In this document: piece by piece, positions 13,201 to 24,251 of the stretch
How the letters are laid out: the number at the start of each line of letters is the position of its first letter
Numbering within the stretch: position 1 is the stretch's first letter
Translations under genes and position numbers: made by a program
Origin: Cyanophora paradoxa CCMP329
Taxonomy: Eukaryota > Plantae > Glaucophyta
Assembly (NCBI GenBank): GCA_004431415.1
Contig: QPMI01000611.1
Location: 1-34,706 of the forward strand
Reading direction: 5' to 3'
DNA: 34,706 nucleotides
Notes under the pieces: model-generated
Databases searched by the model: none
The model's input: only the letters and a program-made list of their open reading frames with translations
What the model was told of the DNA's origin: nothing

Positions 13201-16200
13201 CCACATTAGATGAGGTGAGTGGGGCTATCCATTCCTGAACTACATTGGAAGCAGTCAGTGGAGCTACCCATTCGTGAACTACATTGGAAGTGGTTAAAGG
13301 TTCTATATTGGTATTGATACTGTCTATGCTTTCTTGTATCTGTGTAATCTGGGCATTGATGGCAGTTATTTCTGCCTCTTGAAGACTTGAGCTTGTTTGG
13401 AAATCTTTGATAATAAAACCACCTCCTGGTGCTGGTGCTGTATATTGGAGGTTGTTAGCTATAAGACTTCCTGTTACTCGAAGGCTGTTTGTTTGGAGAA
13501 GAAGTTTGTTAGGGTCACTGGCGAAAGGATTGTCCAATGGCTCAGGATAGCCGTATTTTTGGAGGAGATAACTTCGTATGTTGTCCTTCACGATTTCTGT
13601 TGTTGGTTTAATAATCACTATTAGCTCTGCTAAATCTTGTTTGGAGGTTGAAGAGCCAATACGACTTTCAGTAACAAGGTTATTGGGGAACATGTTTGTA
13701 ACATTTCAACACTTCTATTGCTACCATTGATCCCAAATGTAACAGTGGAAGGAGAGACTGTTACTTCGTAGAGTGTCCATGTCGTCATTTCGGAGTATGT
13801 AATTTCTGCTTTTGCGTTACTTGGTGAAGTGCTTTCACCTAATCCTGCTGCTCCAACCCCATTAGAAACCTGAATATAACAAGTCGCACCATTGTTCCAT
13901 TTATTGATGCTCCAATTTGTGGTTCCATAACTCAAAGATAAAACGTTCTCTACATTTGGAGGTGCTGTATCTGTGAATTTCGCGACGAAAAACACAGTTA
14001 AATGTTGCTGTGAAGTTTGGCTCATGAAAAGTTCACACTCAGCCCCCACGTATTATAGGCTGAAAAGTTGAAGTTAATTGTAGGATACGAATTAAAATAA
14101 GGTTTGTTGTTAGGACCTCCATTATTCTTAATTTGTGTCGAGTTCCCAGCAACATTACCAAACCCAAGAAGAAAATTCGGTGTCTCAGGGTTATTATCAA
14201 ACCAAACGTCTCCTGCTCCGTTTCCAAGTCCACTCACTATCGTTCCATCTTTCATATTGTCCCTTGCTCTGACCCAAACGAAAACATTAAGAACAGAAAG
14301 GACATTAAACGTCGAAACATCCAAATAATCCAATTTGAAAGTGTTCTCATATATTTTGAGTTTGCTGTCAGTGTTTCCTTGATTGCTCACGTTAAGATTT
14401 CCTGTGATTGTTCCACCTGTTAATGGTAAGTAGTTATCTAACAACGCTTCTGAATCTGCTATCCAACCCCTCACAACATTTGAAGTGGTGTATTCATTTA
14501 ACCATCCTCTTACAACATTCGAGGTTGTGCGATCTGTCAATAATGCTACTACACCATTGGTGGTTGCTAAGTTCATCCCTGTTACTTGTAGTTCCTGAGT
14601 CTTGATGAGTAGTTTATTATCATCTCTTGGTATTGGGTTTGAAGGGTCTTCCACAAATCCGTAGAATTGATGAAGATACCATCGTAAATTATATAGCTCA
14701 GCAGCTGTTAAGGCTCTTGTGAAACAATAGAATTCGCACAGGTCAAATTTTGAGTATTGACTTCCCAAATATACATACTTTACATCATTTCGGGGCAGAT
14801 GAGAACCATTTGTAATCGAAAAGGTCTGTCTCTCTTTCGCATTAACACCCACTTTTACGAATGTGCTTGTGATTGTGATGTCATAGATTGTCCAAGAATC
14901 TACTTCGTCAATTGTGAGTGGAACCCTGAAAGTAGATTGGTCTAATTTGCTGATGTTCAAAACGAAACCATCACCCCATTGACCTTTGGAAATACTCCAA
15001 ATTTGCCCATTACTACCAAGTGTAGAAGACCCATCAAACTGTAAAATAGGTTCAAGCGGTTCAGCGCTTCTTAACTTAATCACAAATGCGACAGTTATCC
15101 TCCACTGAAATCGATGGTTTCATAGCCTGCTGAATTTGTAGAAGTGAAGGAATAACGGAAAGTAGAGAAGCTATTTGTGTCTGCTACATCATAGAAGGGT
15201 TTGTTATTAGGACCTCCTGAACTCTTGAATACTACACTTCCTGACTGTATCAGTTTTTGAATAACATTAGCATTTGCTTTATTAACAAGCTCATAGACCA
15301 GTACATTATTTTCCCAAGCATCATCCAAACTCGCATTAAATCTTAGAAGGCAATGAGACAAACCCCAACATCGAAATTTAAGAAGTTTAAAGGTGCTCTT
15401 GAAATCTCATTGTTCCCTATAACAATCTTATCCTTTACCTCCAATTCTCTATTGACTGTAAGATCACCTGTAATGGTGCCACCTGTCAGTGGTAAATATT
15501 TAGCGAGTTCAGCATCAAGCTCAGTCTCTGTAACATAGGGTATTAATGCTGCTGCCAGTGTTGTGGCATATTCAGTTTCTGTTACATAATCATTGAGTAT
15601 AGTTGAGAGTTCTGTTCCATCTATGTAGTTCTTATTTTCTAAATAATCCTCTGTGACAATTCTCGATATAGTTTCGTTGTGTATGTTTTTTGCTGCTGCT
15701 CTCTGATTTATTTCTAAAACACCTTGCTTATCAACATCATTATAGTTCGTTTTCTTCCACCCTATCTCACATTGCTTGTAATCGTCTCGATCTCCAACTA
15801 AATCATCAGGTAAGAGCCGTTCTCGGCTAAATATTAGCTTTGGTCTTGATCCATCAAAAGCGCTAACATCAGTCACATTAATCTGAAGAGTCGCATCTTT
15901 GTCTACATAATTAATTGGATTGGCTGGAAGAGATGGTATAGGTGGTAATGTTGCTGTCATTGGGATGTCGTCAGGGTAGTAACTTGTTAAATAGATACCT
16001 GGTTTGGTGTCTTTTATTTCAACACCTCCACCAGCTGCCACTAAATTAACTCTTGTAGGTGGTCTAATATAGAGTTCGCCTTCCATTGTGGTTCCAGCAT
16101 TAATTCCGTGGCGATTGACATAATATGTATCTAATAGTAATCGTTCTTCTGTGTCTATATTTTTATACAGACTCACACCATGTAGCCCATCATTCACAGC

Positions 16201-17597
16201 ATTACCTGCTGATGCGAAAGTAGGTTGCTGGTCGATTTCATCCCAATCGTGTCTGTGGTCTTCTGGTGGGAACAATTCTGGTACATCAATTTCGTCCCAA
16301 GTGTGTCTATGGTCTGCTGGTGGAAATTCTTCTGGTATTCCATCGATTTCTCCCCAATCATGCCTATGATCCACAGGTGGAAATCTATCAGGTTTATTCT
16401 CGATTTCGTCCCAATCATGGCCATGGGGATCAGGTGGATATGTTTGTGGTTTATTTCGAATGTCCTCCCAATCCACTATGAAATCGAATAGATCAGGTGC
16501 GAAACCATCAGGTAAAAGCTGCTCATCAAAAGGCTCGTAGCGATCATAAGTTACAAGATTTGGGTCGAAACCATCTGGTAAGACATTATCCTCTTCAAAT
16601 CGCCTATCTTCAAGAGGTATAACATTTACATCTGGTGATAAAAGCTCCTCAGCTGGTTGTTTGTAATCTGTAAATACTGGTTTGTTTCTGACTTTTCCCA
16701 GCTAACTATGTGCTGCCCAAAGGCTACATTTTCCTCTGCTGTGTATTCCCTCCCTGGTTGCTTCTTTGGTGTAAGGTCAGGTGGATCCCACGGAAGCGGA
16801 AAGGGGACAGGAACAGGACCGTAATGCTCAAAGATTTCCCTTATAGTTTTCTCACTGACAAGCTTCTCACCATTGGCATACACATTGCTTCCATGGATAT
16901 TTCGCCACTGCCTCGTCCTGATTCCAAGGTCTTTTGTGTTTGTGACCAAAGGTAAAAGGTGCCTATCCATTTCGACAAGATCAGGATGTAAATGGATTGC
17001 TACTGGTTGAGTGGGGCTGCTGTTGATGGTAATTGATGGCTTTTTCTGGTGGACATCATTTGGAGTAAAAAACCCAAACGGCTCATTCCTCGCAAAGTCA
17101 TATGTAATATCCTTGGGGTATACATCATTAGTTGAACAGACTTGATTTGTGTTCTGGAAATGGCCCACTTGTAATACTTGGGGAACCTCTGTTTTTGTGG
17201 TGCTGCCCTCATTATAAATTCTCAAACCTGTGTTCTGTTTGCCCTGCTCATCTTGTACATTGAAAATCAAACGGCCACTATCACACCTTGATGGTATGTC
17301 TGGATGGGTTCCACTTGGTTTGAGTTTTCTCGGTCTCCTTCTGGTTGCCTTGATCTCTGCTACTTGATTGGCTTTCACATTGCCCAAACTAAAAGCTATA
17401 CTGACATCCTCCTTGTCTGGATCGGTCTGATTTAAGGACAGGGCATGCTCCCTTGATTGAGTCTTTGAAGAACCGTCAGAGCTGTGGTCGATTGATATTG
17501 AACCTTTAACTTTTATATTATCAAAGTTCACATGCTTTGTGCTGCTGGAATTACCATCTTGAATTGTTTCCAGATTAGGGGGGTAATTAAAGCTCAT
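10290..17597 (-). CDS. Giant (~2,400 aa) modular fibre/adhesin: phage-tail-like His/Trp repeats, four YLPxxGGTIT-linker plus LamG/ConA-like modules, repeat stalk, tail-fibre-like C-terminus; split by frameshifts
   Basis: Ten consecutive minus-strand ORFs abut or overlap. One extra A near 16694 restores VSWEKVRNKP, matching the downstream DWEDIRNKP repeat. Four LamG-type C-terminal motifs: FDLCEFYCFTRALT..YLHQFYG, DLAELIVI..YLLQKYG, FQGQMAEIIIYNRALS..YLSQKYG, YVGEIAEVVIFNRALS..KFG. Ends FTIHWTAYGIP* at 10290. Confidence 0.75.
12680..13300 (-). repeat. Coding tandem repeats in the fibre: 6 x 39 bp (PLTxSNVVQEWIA) followed by 5 x 78 bp (PKADTxTVNSQIALLTSSNTVQGWLx)
   Basis: Read directly from ORFs 12797..13693 and 11973..12842 and visible at DNA level. 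Confidence 0.9.
16216..16473 (-). repeat. Coding repeats, about 4.5 x 19 aa (DWDEIxxxPxxFPPxDHRH), phage-tail-repeat-like
   Basis: N-terminal part of ORF 15343..16476. Confidence 0.85.
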
Positions 17598-17706
17598 GGC
17601 TTTTACTATATGGATTTATAAAATTCCATATAAGTATTAGATGCCTCTCCACCTTTCAAGCAGACTACTTAAAGAAAAACTCTATAAGGAGGAGTAACGG
17701 AGCAGA

Positions 17707-18417
17707 ATGTGGCTTTATAGTAATAACATCGCAAAGTATGGTGGAACTGTCTATCTCTCAAATAAAACAGATTGTAAAAAGAAGTGGTTGATGAAGTATT
17801 TTGACAAAATTGGTAATAGAAAAGAAAAGAGATTTGATACAAAAGAAGATGCTGAAAGTGCTTTGAAAGAAGTATGTATTTCCTTGGGAAAAGTCTTTAA
17901 CAAATATCGATATGTTGATGATAAAACGATTGAGTTCACTACTCAGAATGATGTACTTGGTTTAATTGATGTGGAAGACTTTGAGATTCTTGATTCTCAT
18001 ATTTGGACTTCTCATGATGGATACGTATTTTCAAACACGAATGAGTTTCGACGCATGCATAGAGCTGTGATGAAATATAAAGGGAAAAGCAAAAAAGAAT
18101 GTATTGACCACATCAATCAGATCAGATCAGATAATAGAAAAGCAAATCTTAGAATTGTGTCTCAAAGGGTCAATTCAATAAACAGAAAAGTAGTTCATGA
18201 ATCTTCAAATATCTGTAAATGCTATGATACAAGGTGGAATGTCTGGTATATTTATGCAACTGTTGTAGTCAGAGATACAAAAGGAGATTTAAAAAAGAAA
18301 CATAAGCGATTTACTCTGAAAAAATATAGTGAGGAAGAAGCTTTTGCAAAAGCAAAAGAATTTCGTGCTGAGTGGCTGAAATTAGATCCGGATTACGTTA
18401 TTGGTATGAATTCTTAA
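17707..18417 (+). CDS. HNH endonuclease (homing-endonuclease-like) with a probable C-terminal AP2-like DNA-binding region
   Basis: MHRAVM...IDHINQIRSDNRKANLRIVSQRVNSIN HNH signature; C-terminal KRFTLKKYSEEEAFAKAKEFR. Confidence 0.88.
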   Translation: MWLYSNNIAKYGGTVYLSNKTDCKKKWLMKYFDKIGNRKEKRFDTKEDAESALKEVCISLGKVFNKYRYVDDKTIEFTTQNDVLGLIDVEDFEILDSHIWTSHDGYVFSNTNEFRRMHRAVMKYKGKSKKECIDHINQIRSDNRKANLRIVSQRVNSINRKVVHESSNICKCYDTRWNVWYIYATVVVRDTKGDLKKKHKRFTLKKYSEEEAFAKAKEFRAEWLKLDPDYVIGMNS

Positions 18418-18446
18418 AATCTCTTACATTTGTAAAGCATCCATCC

Positions 18447-19999
18447 ATGCCCTTACGTGTAATTTTATCTTTGTCAGGAGGCGGAGCAAGGGGCATTATC
18501 ATTACCAGACTGCTCAAAGAAATCGAAAATCGAACTGGCAGGCGAATTATCGACCTTGTGGATCTTGTGAGTGGAACTTCCACAGGTGGGATCATTGCCA
18601 TTGGATTAAACATCAGGCATCCAGATAGGCCAGGTGAACCCAAACTCACAGCCAATGATTTACATAATATATACCTCACTCAGCTGCCCTTGATTTTCGC
18701 AAATCCTCGAAATATAATCGAAAATGCCCTTTTTAACACCAAGTATGATGTGGCTCCTTTAGAAAGCGCAATCAATTCTGTTACTGGCGAATCCCTCATT
18801 CAAGATTCCTTGAAGGACATTGTTATTACTTCGTTTGATACTCAGTACATGAAACCTATATTCATCACAAACGATAACAACTACAACTTTCTGCCCTGTA
18901 AAATAGCAGCAAGGGCTACCTCTGCTGCTCCCACCTACTTTTCACCTGTGAGTATAGTTGACTTCAATCATGGGATAACTGCTTGCCTTATTGATGGTGC
19001 TATCTCAGGAAACAATAACCCAGCGTGTGTGGCTATAGCCATGCGAGGAAGATTTACAGTGATGATGATGACATTATAGTTATAAGCATCTCTTGTGGTG
19101 AGGTAGACCCATATTTAGAGTCTGATTATTTCGGCTATGCTTATGAGACTGTGAACAGTTGGGGCATTCTCTCATGGATTGCCTCAACAGATGGAAGCCC
19201 ATTGATTAACATGCTCATGGCAGCAAGTGAGCTGTCGGCTCTTGACAAGATGGAGGAGTTGCTACCTTATAACTACGATCAGGATTATGGAAGGTACTAT
19301 AGGCTATCTGTTCCTCTTCCAAATCACATAGTCAGGTCCCTTGATGATACCTCTAAAATCCCTGACATGCTTTCGTTCACCGAGACATACATAGCAGCAA
19401 ACAACAGCATGATTAATAAGCTTTGCGATTTGCTGGTAGCAAACTATGAATTAAAGAACCCATCAAAAGCATACATCTCTTCCACTCTCACCCTGTCACC
19501 ACCTTTGGATGCTAATTGGTACAAACTTGCTGATGATGCCTTTACTGCCTCCTCCTCTGTGATAGGTAAAGAGCCCACATGGCTCGACCTTCATCATTTG
19601 GCTGGGAAGCTGGGGCATTTGCTCCAGAGCAGATATGGGAGACCCCCACTGAGTACCTTCAAGTTGCTTTCCCATACACTTTTGAACTCTCTTCAGTGGT
19701 TGCCTATGGGTCAGGGACACCAATGCTTTTATAAAGACTTTCAGTGTGGCTACATCAACTAATGGGTCAACTGGTCTTTTATTCGAGCAGAAGGGCAGAA
19801 CAAAACATTTGTTTGTGAGAATATAAACAATGCTAATAATTCCGGCGATATAGCTTTATTAAATGGTTACCCTCTCACCATCAAGGATGCTTTCTACGTA
19901 GGGTTCTCTTTGAGAATCAAGTATGTTCGCATTTATCCCCTTGTCTATGTGAATGCTCCCACAATGAGAGTCGATTTTACAGGTGCGTTTATTCGATAA
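18447..19999 (+). CDS. Patatin-like phospholipase with a C-terminal discoidin (F5/8 type C)-like domain; frameshifted
   Basis: ILSLSGGGARG oxyanion loop, GTSTG nucleophile motif, ATSAAPTYF and DGA motif. After frameshifts: DDAFTASSS, then a final frame reading KYVRIYPLVYVNAPTMRVDFTGAFIR* (stop 19997-19999). Confidence 0.85.
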
Positions 20000-20924
20000 A
20001 CTCGAGCTGAAAAGAATTGTCAATTCCGTTCATGTCAATGATTTCCCCAAAGTAGTCTCTAAACTCAACTGTTAATTCCCTTACCACCAGATGTCGGTCG
20101 TTAATTCGAATAAATTCCCCATGCTCACCATTATAGTAAACATAGCCTCCTATATCCTTGCTTAATTGGAGTCTCAGTATGGCGCCTTGGTTTTGTGGCT
20201 GTGATTTTGGGACTATATTATGTCTGCTGGCAAAGGGAGCAAGTTCTTTGACATGTAAATAAAGGTACTGCTCAGCGTTCATGTCTGCCATCTTATTGCT
20301 GTAATAAACATATCTAAGAGGTGTGGATGAAAGTCTGGATCCCGAAAAGGTAGTTCCCCACAAGGGGTGATTGAGTGTGATAGGTTTGCCATCATACTTT
20401 AGAAAATTCTCAGGGCGATATGGAGATTGAGAGGGCGAATTGTCATCCATAAATGAAGACTGGAACTCAGTTGAGCTTAAACCCAAAAGCTTACCAATGC
20501 GCTTATTGCTTGCTCTTATACGGAAAAATCTGTTACTGTAGAACTCCACTTTATAAGTGGTTGGATTGTAGTATAATTTGAATTCGAAAGCAACTGTTTT
20601 TCCTGCTATAGTTTCCTCATAGAACACATAGTTCAATCCATAGTTGTATGGTTGGGTGACCCCAAAATGTCCCTGATTGATATAACCGGTTGGCAGGGGG
20701 GAGATGTTGTAAGTTACTGTTTCAGTGACAGAACTATCCTGATAGGTGAATTCCACTATTAAATGATCTGTTCCCACACTATTGTAAATGCTGTTTGGAA
20801 TTTCTGCGTAAATAACCCTACACTCTCGAGGTCTCTCTACTGGTGTTGTGAGGGCAACCCTGTAAGAGTTTTCGGTTTCACCTTGGCTGCGATCCCTGCT
20901 ATCAACATTGACAAGCCGGTTCAT
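19989..20924 (-). CDS. Minor capsid protein (penton), copy 1
   Basis: N-terminal VDSRDR...YRVAL...AEIPNSIYN and C-terminal LTVEFRDYFGEIIDMNGIDNSFQLEF, typical of single-jelly-roll pentons of PLVs and NCLDVs. Confidence 0.82.
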   Translation of the reverse strand: MNRLVNVDSRDRSQGETENSYRVALTTPVERPRECRVIYAEIPNSIYNSVGTDHLIVEFTYQDSSVTETVTYNISPLPTGYINQGHFGVTQPYNYGLNYVFYEETIAGKTVAFEFKLYYNPTTYKVEFYSNRFFRIRASNKRIGKLLGLSSTEFQSSFMDDNSPSQSPYRPENFLKYDGKPITLNHPLWGTTFSGSRLSSTPLRYVYYSNKMADMNAEQYLYLHVKELAPFASRHNIVPKSQPQNQGAILRLQLSKDIGGYVYYNGEHGEFIRINDRHLVVRELTVEFRDYFGEIIDMNGIDNSFQLEFIE

Positions 20925-20932
20925 TTTAATAT

Positions 20933-21970
20933 ATGAATATAGATAAAAGGATAATGCCCGTGGATTACATTGAGGTGAGTTCTTTTAATACAATCTCTGG
21001 TGACGGTCCTACTTCAAGCTTTGTAGCTCGGCTTCCAAACATATATGAGAATGTGAGGGCTGTCAGGCTGGTCTCGGCCGAATTTTATAATAGTATCCCT
21101 ATGGTGAGTGGTGAAACGCAACCAGGGGATATTACAATTGATAATTCATTCAGCATTTTTTGGAGTGAAGAATTCGATGGTGCTGGCATTGATGGCATTC
21201 CAACTACTCGACCAGCGGCCGGCTTTGAACCTTGGAAGCAATTAATTATAAGCCGCAAAAAACCCATTCAAAGCCACCAGCAATTGGTAAATGTAATTAA
21301 TGCGAAATTCGATGATAGAGAGCCGGAACCATCTATTCGCTGTAAATGGGATGAGTCACTAAAACGGATTATATTCCACTCAGAGAAACCTTTCTATTTA
21401 GCCTTCTCTAACGCTGGAAATCCAAACCAGAAAACGATCCAAAAGTTACTGAGTGCTGCCCGATTGCTTGGTCTTGATCCCGGAAGATATGGAAATTCCC
21501 CAATTCAATCACAGGTTTATAATGCTCTTACTGATGGCATCTTTACTGGTGAACGGGTGAATGGTATTATATCTTCGTTTGAGCCTGAAAAGACAAGGGA
21601 CAGTGTTTTATTTGTCAGAGTAAAAGAGTTGGGTGATCTGGTTCAGTGTGGGGATGGTCTCCTGACTGGTTACTTCCACAAAATCGTGGTTCCTGACAAG
21701 GACTATGGTGAGCATGTGGTTTACAATTCGACAGAATCCCACCCACTTTACAAGTACTATAACAAAAAAATGGGTTTGTCTACATTCTCTGTGGATATAG
21801 TAAATGCTATAAACGAACCAATCGATTTTGAGGGTCAACCTGTCCACCTCACATTTGAAATTCGATATGGGGAGGAGCCAGCAGGCGACCCTGTCTATGA
21901 ATACTTTAAGATGCGGATGTCACAAAGTCATCAACATATCCAATCATTGCGAGTTTTGGGTAAACACTAG
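20933..21970 (+). CDS. Minor capsid protein (penton), copy 2 (alternative start at 20953)
   Basis: SSFVARLPNIYENVRAVRLVSAEFYNSIP and LSTFSVDIVNAINEPIDFEGQPVHLTFEI penton-type motifs. Confidence 0.78.
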   Translation: MNIDKRIMPVDYIEVSSFNTISGDGPTSSFVARLPNIYENVRAVRLVSAEFYNSIPMVSGETQPGDITIDNSFSIFWSEEFDGAGIDGIPTTRPAAGFEPWKQLIISRKKPIQSHQQLVNVINAKFDDREPEPSIRCKWDESLKRIIFHSEKPFYLAFSNAGNPNQKTIQKLLSAARLLGLDPGRYGNSPIQSQVYNALTDGIFTGERVNGIISSFEPEKTRDSVLFVRVKELGDLVQCGDGLLTGYFHKIVVPDKDYGEHVVYNSTESHPLYKYYNKKMGLSTFSVDIVNAINEPIDFEGQPVHLTFEIRYGEEPAGDPVYEYFKMRMSQSHQHIQSLRVLGKH

Positions 21971-22017
21971 GTTCATTCGTAATTTTTTTATGTTACAGTA
22001 TAATAAAAGAGAAAATC

Positions 22018-23387
22018 ATGGATATTACGTCGACCCTCCAGCGCCTTTCGTTGAAAGAAGCCCTAACAACCCCAGAGGAGGCCAAGGCCTTCTTTCTGGA
22101 TAACTCCCTAATGCTTGGTCTTGAATCCAAGTCTAAGCCCGTTCTTGTTGTTGTGAACCCGAGCAATACTTTTGAAAATAGTGTTGGAAATCGCATTTCA
22201 TTCAAACTCCCTCGCTACAATTTCTGTGGCAAACTTGAACTTGCCTTCGACCTTCCAGCTATCACTTTTGGTGATGCTGATCTTGTTCGAAATGGGTATA
22301 CTCGCCCAGTTGGTGCTTTGGTTCAGCGACTTGAAATTACCTATGGGTCATACACCTACCATATCCCTTCTGATTTCCTTGCTCATTTCCCTCTTGTCTA
22401 TTATAGTGAGGATCAGCTTGCCAAAAAGAAGCGTCAATGGGCATGCTTCACGGCATCCCCGCCCATGGAACCAACCGACTTGGTGGCTCATTCTTTGTTG
22501 AAATTCCTGTGCCTTGGCTAAACCACTACCTACCTCTTGGTGCTCTGTCTGGTGAAATGGTAGTAACTGTTTGGTTCAAGGATGTAGGGAAGGGTTATGT
22601 TGAGACTTCTTATGGTGGTCGTACTCTTCCTAAGGCTGGGGACACAGCCATTGATGGGGACAAGGACGATGGGCTTGGCGTCGCACCTGCTGAATCTGTG
22701 CTGGCACATGTTGGCCAAAACATCACCACTTTCAATCTTGGTGCGCCAAACGTTGAAATTAAAATTACTTCTCCTCGCCTTTATATGTATGCTGTTAATG
22801 TGTCTGATGAGCTTTTCGCTACTGTTATTGAGAAGGTAAAGACAACTGGCATGGCTATCCCTGCTCTGGATATTGGATTTGTGGATGTCAGTGATATGAA
22901 AGCCAAGGGTCTTGCCCAACCCAATCGAGTTAACCTCTCCCAAATCTCAGGTCTCGTTTATGCTCTGCTTGTTTCAGTTCGTGATAACGCTACTGTTGAC
23001 AAAGCTAATGGTTCCCACAGTGTTCTCAAGACCTACTCCAACTCCAAAGATATTACTTTCACTGTGGAAATTAATGGTCAACGTCTCTATGCCACTGAGC
23101 CCATTCCACTGCTCAAAGGTGCTGAGCTGATTGCTGATGTCTTCAAATGCTCTAATATGGATAAGGTTGCTGATCGCTATGTTCTTTCAGGGCTGCCATT
23201 CTGTCTTGATGGTGAGAAGGCTATTCGCAATGTTGCCCAGTCTGGCTATGTTGACCTGACCAATTCTTCATCTTCATTCCTCACTCTCTACATGCCCACT
23301 GACAAGGCAATTGATGTCAATGTTCGCGCTCTCATGCATAGTTTCATCATTGTGGACAAGGACGGCTTAAGGCGAATCAATCTATAA
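22018..23387 (+). CDS. Major capsid protein (double jelly-roll), ~456 aa, one frameshift near 22440
   Basis: GNRISFKLPR, LELAFDLP, LVQRLEITYG, IPVPWL..YLPLGAL, LVYALLVSVR, VEINGQ, SGYVDLTN. Lies between penton and packaging ATPase. One added G in TGGG fuses the two ORFs. Confidence 0.8.
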
Positions 23388-23440
23388 ACCATATTCAGTC
23401 ACATCGTATTATTTTTATCTGGTTCTTTATAGAAGGAAGC

Positions 23441-24223
23441 ATGGGCGACTTGGACGAATTTAATGCTGGTGAGATGATAAATCCCCCTTTCCGCGTTTTG
23501 GCAATTGGCAAATCTGCTACTGGTAAATCAGAGGCTGTAAAGTATTGGCTCAAGCAGCTTCATGATGCCAAAAAGATTGATGTCGTTTTGGTGGTGAGTG
23601 GAACAAGCTTTAATCATTTCTGGGATAAGGTGGCCACATTACAATTGGGGAAATGGGACGCCCCTTACATTGCTAAATTGCTGGATGAAAGGCAAGAGAA
23701 AATAGAAAAGGGGGAACCTGTAAACCAATTATGTGTTGTTTTGGACGACCTTATTGACAACGAAATAGTAGATTTAACCCGAGATAAAATAATCGGAAGT
23801 CTTTACAGTCGTGGTAGACATTCGAAAATATCTATTATCTGTATCACACAAAAGCTGAGGAAAGTCTCATCGACCATTCGCGTCAACTCAGATTATGCTA
23901 TGTTCCTAAGCGCTGCCAATAGAAAGGAGCTTGAAGCCATTGAGGAAGAATACAATATAATGCGGGACAAAGATGTTTTCTATAAAATGTTTGAAGAATA
24001 TGTACATTCCTATCAGTTTCTAATTTGGTCATCTGCCGATTATTCTGTGAAATATTTCGTAGATAAAGCGGATTTGGTCAAAGATTTCCCATTTCCACGG
24101 TTCCACAGGAAGCCAAAGAAGAAAGAAGATGAGCTTAAACCACCAGAGAAAGAAGAAGGGCGAAAAGAAGTCAAAAGCCAAGTTCATAGTAATAAGTTAA
24201 TGCGATATAAACGCGGTCTATAA
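23441..24223 (+). CDS. A32-like (FtsK/HerA) DNA packaging ATPase
   Basis: Walker A GKSATGKS, Walker B CVVLDD, SRGRH..ISIICITQ, IRVNSDY. Confidence 0.93.
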   Translation: MGDLDEFNAGEMINPPFRVLAIGKSATGKSEAVKYWLKQLHDAKKIDVVLVVSGTSFNHFWDKVATLQLGKWDAPYIAKLLDERQEKIEKGEPVNQLCVVLDDLIDNEIVDLTRDKIIGSLYSRGRHSKISIICITQKLRKVSSTIRVNSDYAMFLSAANRKELEAIEEEYNIMRDKDVFYKMFEEYVHSYQFLIWSSADYSVKYFVDKADLVKDFPFPRFHRKPKKKEDELKPPEKEEGRKEVKSQVHSNKLMRYKRGL

Positions 24224-24251
24224 AAATATCTCTCACTTTAATAAAGACACA

